Positions 1 through 10,881 of a stretch of DNA of 64,000 bases are shown here, in pieces. This DNA is from Trypanosoma brucei. Its lineage: Eukaryota. The stretch spans positions 1,152,001 through 1,216,000 of the forward strand of contig CP000071.1 in assembly GCA_000002445.1 (NCBI GenBank). The letters are read 5' to 3'. Position numbers and translations under genes: made by a program. Within the stretch, counting starts at the first letter, position 1; every line of letters starts with the position of its first letter. The notes under the pieces are model-generated. The model searched no databases. It was not told the origin of the DNA and worked only from the letters and a program-made list of their open reading frames with translations.

Positions 1-104
1 ACCGGTTACCTTCCTCTTTAATACAGATTACAGTAGTGACGAAATAAAATGGATCAAACAATGGCTGGCACCGTGAGAGGCTCGACCACCGCGATCAACC
101 AGCA

Positions 105-3100
105 CTATTCACTGTCCTCAAACTGAAACGACCTTACGGAAACATCAACACCGGAGGCATAAAGTTTTGCCTTGTTTTTCTGTTTCAATTTATTAAAGCT
201 CTTCCCTTTCACACGCATCATTTCCTGGTTTTGACGCAACGCCATATGCTCAGCTTTGGGCCCATTATCCCTCAGATCATTACTAGCGAACGCCACCTTC
301 GTGGGATCAATACGTTGAAATGGCCGACGGACACTCCCAGATCCACGAACAGAAAAATCATCGCACTTCCCAACCACTGGTTGCTTCCTGTCTCTTCGAT
401 ACGAATCGACAGCTTCAACACGTGGCACCTTCCTCAAAATTTCCTCACTCTCACCTTCATAATGTGATAGAGACCTCTTTCTACCGGTCACCCCAAAATC
501 TTCCACAACATCAGAAGAGCTCTCAGGTGCCACCGGTTTCTTCACCGCAGCGTTGCTCTTGGGTGAACTATTGGCTTTCACCAATGGTTTCCGAACGGGT
601 TCATCATCATCAGAAGAGCTGTCAGGTGCCACCGGTTTCTTCACTGCAGCGTTGCTCTTGGGTGAACTATTGGCCTTTACCAGTGGTTTCCGAACGGGTT
701 CATCATCATCATCAGAAGAGCTGTCAGGTGCCACCGGTTTCTTCACTGCAGCGTTGCTCTTGGGTGAACTATTGGCTTTCACCAGTGGTTTCCGAACGGG
801 TTCATCATCATCATCAGAAGAGCTCTCAGGTGCCACCGGTTTCTTCACTGCAGCGTTGCTCTTGGGTGAACTATTGGCTTTCACCAATGGTTTCCGAACG
901 GGTTCATCATCATCATCAGAAGAGCTCTCAGGTGCCACCGGTTTCTTCACTGCAGCGTTGCTCTTGGGTGAACTATTGGCTTTCACCAATGGTTTCCGAA
1001 CGGGTTCATCATCATCATCAGAAGAGCTCTCAGATGCCACCGGTTTCTTCACTGCAGCGTTGCTCTTGGGTGAACTATTGGCTTTCACCAATGGTTTCCG
1101 AACGGGTTCATCATCATCATCAGAAGAGCTGTCAGGTGCCACCGGTTTCTTCACTGCAGCGTTGCTCTTGGGTGAACTATTGGCTTTCACCAATGGTTTC
1201 CGAACGGGTTCATCATCATCATCAGAAGAGCTGTCAGGTGCCACCGGTTTCTTCACTGCAGCGTTGCTCTTGGGTGAACTATTGGCTTTCAGCAGTGGTT
1301 TCCGAACGGGTTCATCATCATCATCAGAAGAGCTGTCAGGTGCCACCGGTTTCTTCACTGCAGCGTTGCTCTTGGGTGAACTATTGGCCTTTACCAGTGG
1401 TTTCCGAACGGGTTCATCATCATCATCAGAAGAGCTGTCAGGTGCCACCGGTTTCTTCACTGCAGCGTTGCTCTTGGGTGAACTATTGGCTTTCACCAGT
1501 GGTTTCCGAACGGGTTCATCATCATCATCAGAAGAGCTCTCAGGTGCCACCGGTTTCTTCACTGCAGCGTTGCTCTTGGGTGAACTATTGGCCTTTACCA
1601 GTGGTTTCCGAACGGGTTCATCATCATCATCAGAAGAGCTGTCAGGTGCCACCGGTTTCTTCACTGCAGCGTTGCTCTTGGGTGAACTATTGGCTTTCAC
1701 CAGTGGTTTCCGAACGGGTTCATCATCATCATCAGAAGAGCTCTCAGATGCCACCGGTTTCTTCACTGCAGCGTTGCTCTTGGGTGAACTATTGGCTTTC
1801 AGCAGTGGTTTCCGAACGGGTTCATCATCATCATCAGAAGAGCTCTCAGGTGCCACCGGTTTCTTCACTGCAGCGTTGCTCTTGGGTGAACTATTGGCTT
1901 TCACCAATGGTTTCCGAACGGGTTCATCATCATCAGAAGAGCTCTCAGGTGCCACCGGTTTCTTCACTGCAGCGTTGCTCTTGGGTGAACTATTGGCTTT
2001 CACCAATGGTTTCCGAACGGGTTCATCATCATCATCAGAAGAGCTCTCAGGTGCCACCGGTTTCTTCACTGCAGCGTTGCTCTTGGGTGAACTATTGGCT
2101 TTCACCAATGGTTTCCGAACGGGTTCATCATCATCATCAGAAGAGCTGTCAGGTGCCACCGGTTTCTTCACTGCAGCGTTGCTCTTGGGTGAACTATTGG
2201 CTTTCACCAATGGTTTCCGAACGGGTTCATCATCATCATCAGAAGAGCTGTCAGGTGCCACCGGTTTCTTCACTGCAGCGTTGCTCTTGGGTGAACTATT
2301 GGCTTTCACCAATGGTTTCCGAACGGGTTCATCATCATCATCAGAAGAGCTGTCAGGTGCCACCGGTTTCTTCACTGCAGCGTTGCTCTTGGGTGAACTA
2401 TTGGCTTTCAGCAGTGGTTTCCGAACGGGTTCATCATCATCATCAGAAGAGCTGTCAGGTGCCACCGGTTTCTTCACTGCAGCGTTGCTCTTGGGTGAAC
2501 TATTGGCCTTTACCAGTGGTTTCCGAACGGGTTCATCATCATCATCAGAAGAGCTGTCAGGTGCCACCGGTTTCTTCACTGCAGCGTTGCTCTTGGGTGA
2601 ACTATTGGCTTTCACCAATGGTTTCCGAACGGGTTCATCATCATCAGAAGAGCTGTCAGGTGCCACCGGTTTCTTCACTGCAGCGTTGCTCTTGGGTGAA
2701 CTATTGGCTTTCAGCAGTGGTTTCCGAACGGGTTCATCATCATCAGAAGAGCTGTCAGGTGCCACCGGTTTCTTCACTGCAGCGTTGCTCTTGGGTGAAC
2801 TATTGGCCTTTACCAGTGGTTTCCGAACGGGTTCATCATCATCATCAGAAGAGCTGTCAGGTGCCACCGGTTTCTTCACTGCAGCGTTGCTCTTGGGTGA
2901 ACTATTGGCTTTCACCAATGGTTTCCGAACGGGTTCATCATCATCAGAAGAGCTGTCAGGTGCCACCGGTTTCTTCACTGCAGCGTTGCTCTTGGGTGAA
3001 CTATTGGCTTTCAGCAGTGGTTTCCGAACGGGTTCATCATCATCAGAAGAGCTGTCAGGTGCCACCGGTTTCTTCACTGCAGCGTTGCTCTTGGGTGAAC

Positions 3101-3722
3101 TATTGGCCTTTACCAATGGTTTCCGAACGGGTTCATCATCATCAGAAGAGCTGTCAGGTGCCACCGGTTTCTTCACTGCAGCGTTGCTCTTGGGTGAACT
3201 ATTGGCTTTCACCAATGGTTTCCGAACGGGTTCATCATCATCATCAGAAGAGCTGTCAGGTGCCACCGGTTTCTTCACTGCAGCGTTGCTCTTGGGTGAA
3301 CTATTGGCTTTCACCAATGGTTTCCGAACGGGTTCATCATCATCATCAGAAGAGCTCTCAGGTGCCACCGGTTTCTTCGGTGTTACTTTACCTTTATTCT
3401 CGATGTCTTTTGCTTTTCTTTTGTTTTCTGATGTCTCAGTGCGCGCTTTCTTTCGAGCCTGTTCACTTTTTTTCACGTCACAGTCTTCAGCTATTCTTTT
3501 TCCTAGGAGTTTGTAAAGAGGTTCATTTTCTTCGTCGGTATGAACGGAGGTTTCCTGATTGTTGTATAATCGCACGGCATCTTCAATGATTGCTCCACTC
3601 GCGTTATTCTGGTTTTTTTCTTGATGATTCTGCAGCGGAACTCTGTTTTTGAATGCCTCGGCAGCGCTAGGACATGTGGCTTCAAGGTACCTCAAAACGA
3701 CTTCCTCGACAGTAACTGGCAT
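105..3722 (-). CDS. Nopp140-like nucleolar phosphoprotein. It has an N-terminal LisH-like segment, about 25 repeats of 38 aa that alternate acidic Ser/Asp clusters with basic Lys/Pro segments, and an SRP40_C-like C-terminus.
   Basis: 1205-aa minus-strand ORF. The N-terminus 'VVLRYLEATCPSAAEAFKN' resembles the LisH motif of Nopp140/treacle. The repeat 'DSSSDDDDEPVRKPLVKANSSPKSNAAVKKPVAP' has CK2-type acidic serine blocks alternating with basic blocks, which is the defining Nopp140 architecture. The C-terminal '...KGKSFNKLKQKNKAKLYASGVDVSVRSFQFEDSE' fits the SRP40 C-terminal domain pattern. A pyrimidine-rich tract plus AG lies upstream on the coding strand at 3723-3775. Confidence 0.65.
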   Translation of the reverse strand: MPVTVEEVVLRYLEATCPSAAEAFKNRVPLQNHQEKNQNNASGAIIEDAVRLYNNQETSVHTDEENEPLYKLLGKRIAEDCDVKKSEQARKKARTETSENKRKAKDIENKGKVTPKKPVAPESSSDDDDEPVRKPLVKANSSPKSNAAVKKPVAPDSSSDDDDEPVRKPLVKANSSPKSNAAVKKPVAPDSSSDDDEPVRKPLVKANSSPKSNAAVKKPVAPDSSSDDDEPVRKPLLKANSSPKSNAAVKKPVAPDSSSDDDEPVRKPLVKANSSPKSNAAVKKPVAPDSSSDDDDEPVRKPLVKANSSPKSNAAVKKPVAPDSSSDDDEPVRKPLLKANSSPKSNAAVKKPVAPDSSSDDDEPVRKPLVKANSSPKSNAAVKKPVAPDSSSDDDDEPVRKPLVKANSSPKSNAAVKKPVAPDSSSDDDDEPVRKPLLKANSSPKSNAAVKKPVAPDSSSDDDDEPVRKPLVKANSSPKSNAAVKKPVAPDSSSDDDDEPVRKPLVKANSSPKSNAAVKKPVAPDSSSDDDDEPVRKPLVKANSSPKSNAAVKKPVAPESSSDDDDEPVRKPLVKANSSPKSNAAVKKPVAPESSSDDDEPVRKPLVKANSSPKSNAAVKKPVAPESSSDDDDEPVRKPLLKANSSPKSNAAVKKPVASESSSDDDDEPVRKPLVKANSSPKSNAAVKKPVAPDSSSDDDDEPVRKPLVKANSSPKSNAAVKKPVAPESSSDDDDEPVRKPLVKANSSPKSNAAVKKPVAPDSSSDDDDEPVRKPLVKANSSPKSNAAVKKPVAPDSSSDDDDEPVRKPLLKANSSPKSNAAVKKPVAPDSSSDDDDEPVRKPLVKANSSPKSNAAVKKPVAPDSSSDDDDEPVRKPLVKANSSPKSNAAVKKPVASESSSDDDDEPVRKPLVKANSSPKSNAAVKKPVAPESSSDDDDEPVRKPLVKANSSPKSNAAVKKPVAPESSSDDDDEPVRKPLVKANSSPKSNAAVKKPVAPDSSSDDDDEPVRKPLVKANSSPKSNAAVKKPVAPDSSSDDDEPVRKPLVKANSSPKSNAAVKKPVAPESSSDVVEDFGVTGRKRSLSHYEGESEEILRKVPRVEAVDSYRRDRKQPVVGKCDDFSVRGSGSVRRPFQRIDPTKVAFASNDLRDNGPKAEHMALRQNQEMMRVKGKSFNKLKQKNKAKLYASGVDVSVRSFQFEDSE
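478..3378. repeat. Tandem array of about 25 copies of a 114-bp unit (some 111 bp, DDD versus DDDD) inside the Nopp140-like CDS
   Basis: Direct reading shows 'ggtgccaccggtttcttcactgcagcgttgctcttgggtgaactattggctttcaccaatggtttccgaacgggttcatcatcatcatcagaagagct' recurring every 114 nt. Only a few point variants occur (ctc/ctg, acc/agc, aat/agt, gcc/gct). Confidence 0.95.
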
Positions 3723-5695
3723 TGCTTACGATTTTTTAGACCCTCAAAGGCTCCTATTTAGAGGAAAGGAAGTTACCGAAGGAGTTGATGCACAGAGGGT
3801 GGTAATGTACGTTATGCTGTCGAGCAGCACGGGCAACTGGTCACACAAAGGGAATAGGTCTTTGGGAGAAAGCGGCGAAAATCAAAGAAAGTTTAATAAA
3901 TTGCAATTAAACAATAAAATGGGCTTTTAAAACGGGCACGTGTTGAAATCAATTCAAACGTTGACGTGTTTTGCCCCTTACATTTTCAACGGTTCCTACA
4001 CAATAATCCCAACGTTTGGAAACATTGCGAGTAGCGGTATAAAGTAAAGTCATAACCGACGAGCGATACTGCAACTTTGTCGCATAGCTTTTGCGATACC
4101 TTGTCGAAAAGGGTGGAAAAGTGGCTTTTAATAAATGAAAGTGACTGTAGGAAGGGTTCAACGCAAGAACGTACCGTTAGGCATACCTCATTGCCTTCAT
4201 GACGGGGGCGCTAAAGGTTAGATGAAATGTGCACACGGTGCTTACTCTGAAAAAGCAATTACTCCATGGGCGTTCCCAGCTTCGAGGAATCATGACTCCT
4301 TTCAAATGATTCAGCAAAAGCAAGCACGAGGTGGACCCCAACCCATTGACAACATTACCATCACCCACCGCCATCTTGTCGGAGAACAAATCAATCCACT
4401 GATCCAATAAATTCAAAAAAAACTTCCGACCGACATATTCCCCATAAATCAAAGACTAATACCAGATAGACTATCATCTTCTTAGAAGTGCCGACCGCAC
4501 ATCACCATGGGAAACGATGACACAATCCCGCACATCCTTTACCTGGGGATAGACCAGAACCGGAAGAGCATCGGTGTGCATCACCAACCTCCTTCAGAAT
4601 CAGAAACCCTATGACACGGAATAACCTTCCCCCACCCACACACACATACGACTCCAATTGTAACAGCAGAGTAGAATGATCCTTAGATGTCTTTAGCCTC
4701 CGACGCAAAACATTCCGAGAGAAAAGTAACGCGCCACTTAAACTCGAAGCATCGGTACCTCGGTAGTCACACATACCCACATACCTCATTACAACAAAAT
4801 ACATGCAAGCCACAACGAATTGTCTGCAAGAACTGCGATACAAGTCTCACTTCAAGTAATTACTAGAGACTGCTCAGGAAACTAAAGGGATACGGTAACG
4901 CATTACCATATTCATTCGAAATAGTCCATAGTCATACACACCTCAGGGGGAAATAAAAAAGCACAACTCTCGTGAAACTTGAAACAGTAACCAATACGAA
5001 GCAGGGGAATACCCCAATTTTCTAAGTATTGTACTCCTTCCCTGTTGTCCTAGTTGCTAAATAATAAATTTGGAAGAAAAAGAGCCAAGTACCATATCAT
5101 ATCTCACTTAGCTATGGTCATAAAGTGAAAAATTGTGGCTCATTAAAGCGTAGAAAAACTTATTCCCAAGTATCCAGGAACAATATTGTTAGTTAGTGTC
5201 TTTTCGTTGAAGAATACAACATCTACACGTGCCACTGTTTAATTCCCTCTGAGAGCAAACATAACGAAGCAAAAGAAAACCTTTATAAAACACTAATTTG
5301 CCGCATGCAAGTCAAACCCTGCGCGATACCGCAAAGGCACTCATCACCTTATGCGTGTGTCGTACTGTATTATTATGATAGTTTACCCTCCACACACAAC
5401 AATAGCCTGTACCATTTAGTTCATTTGTTTTTATCAGCAAAGTCACTGAAAACACGCCCACACACACGCACCACTGCCACAGGAGCAATTATAGAGCAAC
5501 GATTATGACAGCATGCAGCACGACTACAGTAGTGGAGCATAGGTCAGTGCAAGCAAAACATTCAGGTGAGGGCGCACTAACAAAGAAAACGAAAAACAGG
5601 AGGCACGAAACACCCGAATGACCATGTAAATACCGACGAAAGAAATGATGGTAATATCATGTTTTACAGAGAAATCAACCCCCGTTGAACATCAA

Positions 5696-6646
5696 CTATT
5701 TCATAATTCTGCACCACGGATATCCTTGTTTCTTCATTTGATGTTGATGCTGGCTTAACATGCAACCAATAACAATGTAGAAGAAAACATCTGCAATGGT
5801 TTTAAGGGATTCATCGTTCAGTAGACAAGCCAGACAACTGCACAAATAGGCACACCAAATGATGACCGAATCACAACAATCATTTTGCAAATTGTAGTGC
5901 TTACGAATAATGAAACGATTACCGTAAACTGCACACGCAAGGCAAAAGCAAGACTCCAGGCACAAACAGCACGGCTCACAGCCTTCGCAGACACAGCACC
6001 TACTTCCACAAAACATTCCAGCACAGCACAAATAACGAGACCAATCATTTTCCAACAGCTTCTTCCGTTGCAAGAACGCACAGCACCATGGGCAACAACA
6101 GGCACCAAGGCAGAACAGTGGCTCACTGCAAGGTGCCCCCAACATACTCGTTTCCCATTCGTTCTCCCCTTCCCACTTTTGTGCCCCACCGTAGGGGACC
6201 GATAATAACCCTTCAGCTGACTCGTCTAGGTTCCCCCTATTATGCAACTTACCGTAAGCAGCTGGTGGCACGTAAACACCATATAGAAATTGATCGTCCA
6301 TGGCGGTAGGCGGTGTTTTCCAGCCAGCATCGGGCGGCAGAGAAGCGGGCTGTTTTCCATTATCTGTGGGAGGCCCAGCCAGCACATTTAAGGCTGGGGA
6401 ACAATCCCGCCCAGCGCACATACTTTCTTTCGGAGCACCACTGTTGAGAAATATAATAAAAGGAAACAAGAACAGCAGCAAACAAACAACACTATGGAAA
6501 TATTTTGCGCTGTACACGGGACACGGATACCTGACAATTGGAGGCCATCTGTAAAAAAGTAAGACAGGAAAGCAACTAAATGCTACATGTATCACATAAA
6601 CACTCATTTTCTCAACTGTTGCGTCCAAGCTCGCCCGTCCATGCAC
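5696..6646 (-). CDS. PLAC8-family (Cys-rich, DUF614-like) protein, array copy 1. This is the divergent copy lacking the PPPPAGYGQ repeats. The probable true start is the internal Met at about 6421.
   Basis: Cys-rich core 'CLGACCCPWCCAFLQRKKLLENDWSRYLCCAG...CCVCEGCEPCCLCLESCFCLAC' is typical of the PLAC8/Cys-rich domain. Conservation with copies 2 and 3 begins at 'MCAGRDCSPALNVLAGPPTDNGKQP'. The 75 upstream codons are hydrophobic and less protein-like. Confidence 0.6.
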   Translation of the reverse strand: MHGRASLDATVEKMSVYVIHVAFSCFPVLLFYRWPPIVRYPCPVYSAKYFHSVVCLLLFLFPFIIFLNSGAPKESMCAGRDCSPALNVLAGPPTDNGKQPASLPPDAGWKTPPTAMDDQFLYGVYVPPAAYGKLHNRGNLDESAEGLLSVPYGGAQKWEGENEWETSMLGAPCSEPLFCLGACCCPWCCAFLQRKKLLENDWSRYLCCAGMFCGSRCCVCEGCEPCCLCLESCFCLACAVYGNRFIIRKHYNLQNDCCDSVIIWCAYLCSCLACLLNDESLKTIADVFFYIVIGCMLSQHQHQMKKQGYPWCRIMK

Positions 6647-8255
6647 TACCAGTACTACCCGTCTCTCAAACTAAACACTTTCACACTCATATTTCACCCG
6701 CTCGCGAAGTATTGTCGCTTCAAACATCTACTACGACTGCCCGCATACAATCCACCGGTTGAGGATCTATTACAATAAATGACGCGGCCACACTCATTTG
6801 TAGAGGAGAGCCACATTGGGTTAAAATCTAAACAGAAAGACCAAAAATTAGCGTTACAGAAAAAGAGATAGCGAGTAGAACAGCACAACAGCCTCTCACT
6901 TAGCGAGAAACACACGCACTTGGATAAAAGATAGTGCACACAAATATAACACAATCCTTCCCGACTAGCAACCAGCCATGAACAAGATCTCGCATCCATT
7001 AGCCAACACTTTGCACTTTAAAAGCGATATATCCAACCATGACGCAGGGATAACCGTCAAAATGTCGAACTTTATCTGCTGAGTGACCTTTACATCCACC
7101 CGCGCACTTCAAGTAACCGTCATCATTTGCTCTTTTTGTTTTACCAACCTCCTTCAGAATCAGAAACCCTATGACACGGAATAACCTTCCCCCACCCACA
7201 CACACATACGACTCCAATTGTAACAGCAGAGTAGAATGATCCTCAGATGTCTTTAGCCTCCGACGCAAAACATTCCGAGAGAAAAGTAACGCGCCACTTA
7301 AACTCGAAGCATCGGTACCTCGGTAGTCACACATACCCACATACCTCATTACAACAAAATACATGCAAGCCACAACGAATTGTCTGCAAGAACTGCGATA
7401 CAAGTCTCACTTCAAGTAATTACTAGAGACTGCTCAGGAAACTAAAGGGATACGGTAACGCATTACCATATTCATTCGAAATAGTCCATAGTCATACACA
7501 CCTCAGGGGGAAATAAAAAAGCACAACTCTCGTGAAACTTGAAACAGTAACCAATACGAAGCAGGGGAATACCCCAATTTTCTAAGTATTGTACTCCTTC
7601 CCTGTTGTCCTAGTTGCTAAATAATAAATTTGGAAGAAAAAGAGCCAAGTACCATATCATATCTCACTTAGCTATGGTCATAAAGTGAAAAATTGTGGCT
7701 CATTAAAGCGTAGAAAAACTTATTCCCAAGTATCCAGGAACAATATTGTTAGTTAGTGTCTTTTCGTTGAAGAATACAACATCTACACGTGCCACTGTTT
7801 AATTCCCTCTGAGAGCAAACATAACGAAGCAAAAGAAAACCTTTATAAAACACTAATTTGCCGCATGCAAGTCAAACCCTGCGCGATACCGCAAAGGCAC
7901 TCATCACCTTATGCGTGTGTCGTACTGTATTATTATGATAGTTTACCCTCCACACACAACAATAGCCTGTACCATTTAGTTCATTTGTTTTTATCAGCAA
8001 AGTCACTGAAAACACGCCCACACACACGCACCACTGCCACAGGAGCAATTATAGAGCAACGATTATGACAGCATGCAGCACGACTACAGTAGTGGAGCAT
8101 AGGTCAGTGCAAGCAAAACATTCAGGTGAGGGCGCACTAACAAAGAAAACGAAAAACAGGAGGCACGAAACACCCGAATGACCATGTAAATACCGACGAA
8201 AGAAATGATGGTAATATCATGTTTTACAGAGAAATCAACCCCCGTTGAACATCAA

Positions 8256-9272
8256 CTATTCCATTGTTTGCTCTCTTGGATATCCTTGTTTCTTCATTTG
8301 ATGTTGATGCTGGCTTAACATGCAACCAATAACAATGTAGAAGAAAACATCTGCAATGGTTTTAAGGGATTCATCGTTCAGTAGACAAGCCAGACAACTG
8401 CACAAATAGGCACACCAAATGATGACCGAATCACAACAATCATTTTGCAAATTGTAGTGCTGAAGAACCATGAAACGATTACCGTGAGCGGCACAGGGGA
8501 GGCAAAAGCAAGACTCCAGGCACAAACAGCACGGCTCACAGCCTTCGCAGACACAGCAATTCCTGTCGCCACAAAGTCCAGCACAACACAAATAACGAGA
8601 CCAATCATTTTCCAACAGCTTCTTCCGTTGCAAGAACGCACAGCACCATGGGCAACAACAGGCACCAAGGCAGAACAGTGGCTCACTGCAAGGTGCCCCC
8701 AACATACTCGTTTCCCATTCGTTCTCCCCTTCCCACTTTTGCACTTCAGCATAGTCATCCGGTGGTTTGTAAACGCCACACGGCGGTTGACCATATCCGG
8801 CAGGTGGTGGGGGTTGACCATATCCGGCAGGTGGTGGGGGTTGACCATATCCGGCAGGTGGTGGGGGCTGACCATATCCGGCAGGTGGTGGGGGTTGACC
8901 ATATCCGGCAGGTGGTGGGGGTTGACCATATCCGGCAGGTGGTGGGGGTTGACCATATCCGGCAGGTGGTGGGGGCTGTTTTCCATTATCTGTGGGAGGC
9001 CCAGCCAGCACATTTAAGGCTGGGGAACAATCCCGCCCAGCGCACATACTTTCTTTCGGAGCACCACTGTTGAGAAATATAATAAAAGGAAACAAGAACA
9101 GCAGCAAACAAACAACACTATGGAAATATTTTGCGCTGTACACGGGACACGGATACCTGACAATTGGAGGCCATCTGTAAAAAAGTAAGACAGGAAAGCA
9201 ACTAAATGCTACATGTATCACATAAACACTCATTTTCTCAACTGTTGCGTCCAAGCTCGCCCGTCCATGCAC
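8256..9272 (-). CDS. PLAC8-family protein, array copy 2, with 7 copies of PPPPAGYGQ. The probable start is the internal Met at about 9047.
   Basis: Same Cys-rich PLAC8-like core as copy 1. Seven tandem 27-nt units encode PPPPAGYGQ. Confidence 0.65.
   Translation of the reverse strand: MHGRASLDATVEKMSVYVIHVAFSCFPVLLFYRWPPIVRYPCPVYSAKYFHSVVCLLLFLFPFIIFLNSGAPKESMCAGRDCSPALNVLAGPPTDNGKQPPPPAGYGQPPPPAGYGQPPPPAGYGQPPPPAGYGQPPPPAGYGQPPPPAGYGQPPPPAGYGQPPCGVYKPPDDYAEVQKWEGENEWETSMLGAPCSEPLFCLGACCCPWCCAFLQRKKLLENDWSRYLCCAGLCGDRNCCVCEGCEPCCLCLESCFCLPCAAHGNRFMVLQHYNLQNDCCDSVIIWCAYLCSCLACLLNDESLKTIADVFFYIVIGCMLSQHQHQMKKQGYPREQTME
8795..8983. repeat. 27-bp coding minisatellite (ggttgaccatatccggcaggtggtggg)x7 in PLAC8 copy 2
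   Basis: Direct tandem repetition is visible in the sequence. Units alternate the variants ggggttgacc and gggctgacc. Confidence 0.9.
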
Positions 9273-10881
9273 TACCAGTACTACCCGTCTCTCAAACTAA
9301 ACACTTTCACACTCATATTTCACCCGCTCGCGAAGTATTGTCGCTTCAAACATCTACTACGACTGCCCGCATACAATCCACCGGTTGAGGATCTATTACA
9401 ATAAATGACGCGGCCACACTCATTTGTAGAGGAGAGCCACATTGGGTTAAAATCTAAACAGAAAGACCAAAAATTAGCGTTACAGAAAAAGAGATAGCGA
9501 GTAGAACAGCACAACAGCCTCTCACTTAGCGAGAAACACACGCACTTGGATAAAAGATAGTGCACACAAATATAACACAATCCTTCCCGACTAGCAACCA
9601 GCCATGAACAAGATCTCGCATCCATTAGCCAACACTTTGCACTTTAAAAGCGATATATCCAACCATGACGCAGGGATAACCGTCAAAATGTCGAACTTTA
9701 TCTGCTGAGTGACCTTTACATCCACCCGCGCACTTCAAGTAACCGTCATCATTTGCTCTTTTTGTTTTACCAACCTCCTTCAGAATCAGAAACCCTATGA
9801 CACGGAATAACCTTCCCCCACCCACACACACATACGACTCCAATTGTAACAGCAGAGTAGAATGATCCTTAGATGTCTTTAGCCTCCGACGCAAAACATT
9901 CCGAGAGAAAAGTAACGCGCCACTTAAACTCGAAGCATCGGTACCTCGGTAGTCACACATACCCACATACCTCATTACAACAAAATACATGCAAGCCACA
10001 ACGAATTGTCTGCAAGAACTGCGATACAAGTCTCACTTCAAGTAATTACTAGAGACTGCTCAGGAAACTAAAGGGATACGGTAACGCATTACCATATTCA
10101 TTCGAAATAGTCCATAGTCATACACACCTCAGGGGGAAATAAAAAAGCACAACTCTCGTGAAACTTGAAACAGTAACCAATACGAAGCAGGGGAATACCC
10201 CAATTTTCTAAGTATTGTACTCCTTCCCTGTTGTCCTAGTTGCTAAATAATAAATTTGGAAGAAAAAGAGCCAAGTACCATATCATATCTCACTTAGCTA
10301 TGGTCATAAAGTGAAAAATTGTGGCTCATTAAAGCGTAGAAAAACTTATTCCCAAGTATCCAGGAACAATATTGTTAGTTAGTGTCTTTTCGTTGAAGAA
10401 TACAACATCTACACGTGCCACTGTTTAATTCCCTCTGAGAGCAAACATAACGAAGCAAAAGAAAACCTTTATAAAACACTAATTTGCCGCATGCAAGTCA
10501 AACCCTGCGCGATACCGCAAAGGCACTCATCACCTTATGCGTGTGTCGTACTGTATTATTATGATAGTTTACCCTCCACACACAACAATAGCCTGTACCA
10601 TTTAGTTCATTTGTTTTTATCAGCAAAGTCACTGAAAACACGCCCACACACACGCACCACTGCCACAGGAGCAATTATAGAGCAACGATTATGACAGCAT
10701 GCAGCACGACTACAGTAGTGGAGCATAGGTCAGTGCAAGCAAAACATTCAGGTGAGGGCGCACTAACAAAGAAAACGAAAAACAGGAGGCACGAAACACC
10801 CGAATGACCATGTAAATACCGACGAAAGAAATGATGGTAATATCATGTTTTACAGAGAAATCAACCCCCGTTGAACATCAA

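Noticed and set aside
478-3378. Regularly spaced repeats as a possible CRISPR array
   Set aside because: The units are contiguous with no unique spacers, they are coding (in-frame 38-aa repeats), and the context is eukaryotic kinetoplastid DNA.
320-3589. Plus-strand ORFs of 1089 aa and 987 aa (also 553..3516) spanning the 114-bp repeat array
   Set aside because: These are frame-shadow artefacts. A perfect 114-nt (3n) tandem repeat that is stop-free in one frame tends to be stop-free in others. The translations are low-complexity ('SSSSSEELSGATGFFTAALLLGELLAF') and antisense to a well-supported Nopp140-like gene on the strand shared by all neighbouring genes.
4502-4843. Recurrent about 113-134-aa minus-strand ORFs in each PLAC8 unit spacer (also at 6999..7403 and 9625..10029), and plus-strand 67-aa ORFs (5305/7865/10491)
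   Set aside because: They recur only because the spacer is duplicated with the unit. The sequences are hydrophobic/Cys-rich junk without motifs and lie in AT-rich spacer with a homopolymer-like context. They may be UTR sequence of the PLAC8 mRNAs.
8378-9073. Antisense and alternate-frame ORFs (211 aa 'HHLPDMVNP' repeats, 190 aa 'TISGRWWGL' repeats, 141 aa 'DHIRQVVGV' repeats). Equivalents lie at 11004..11834 in copy 3.
   Set aside because: They exist only because the 27-nt minisatellite is open in several frames. They lie antisense to or overlap the PLAC8-like gene and have no independent support.
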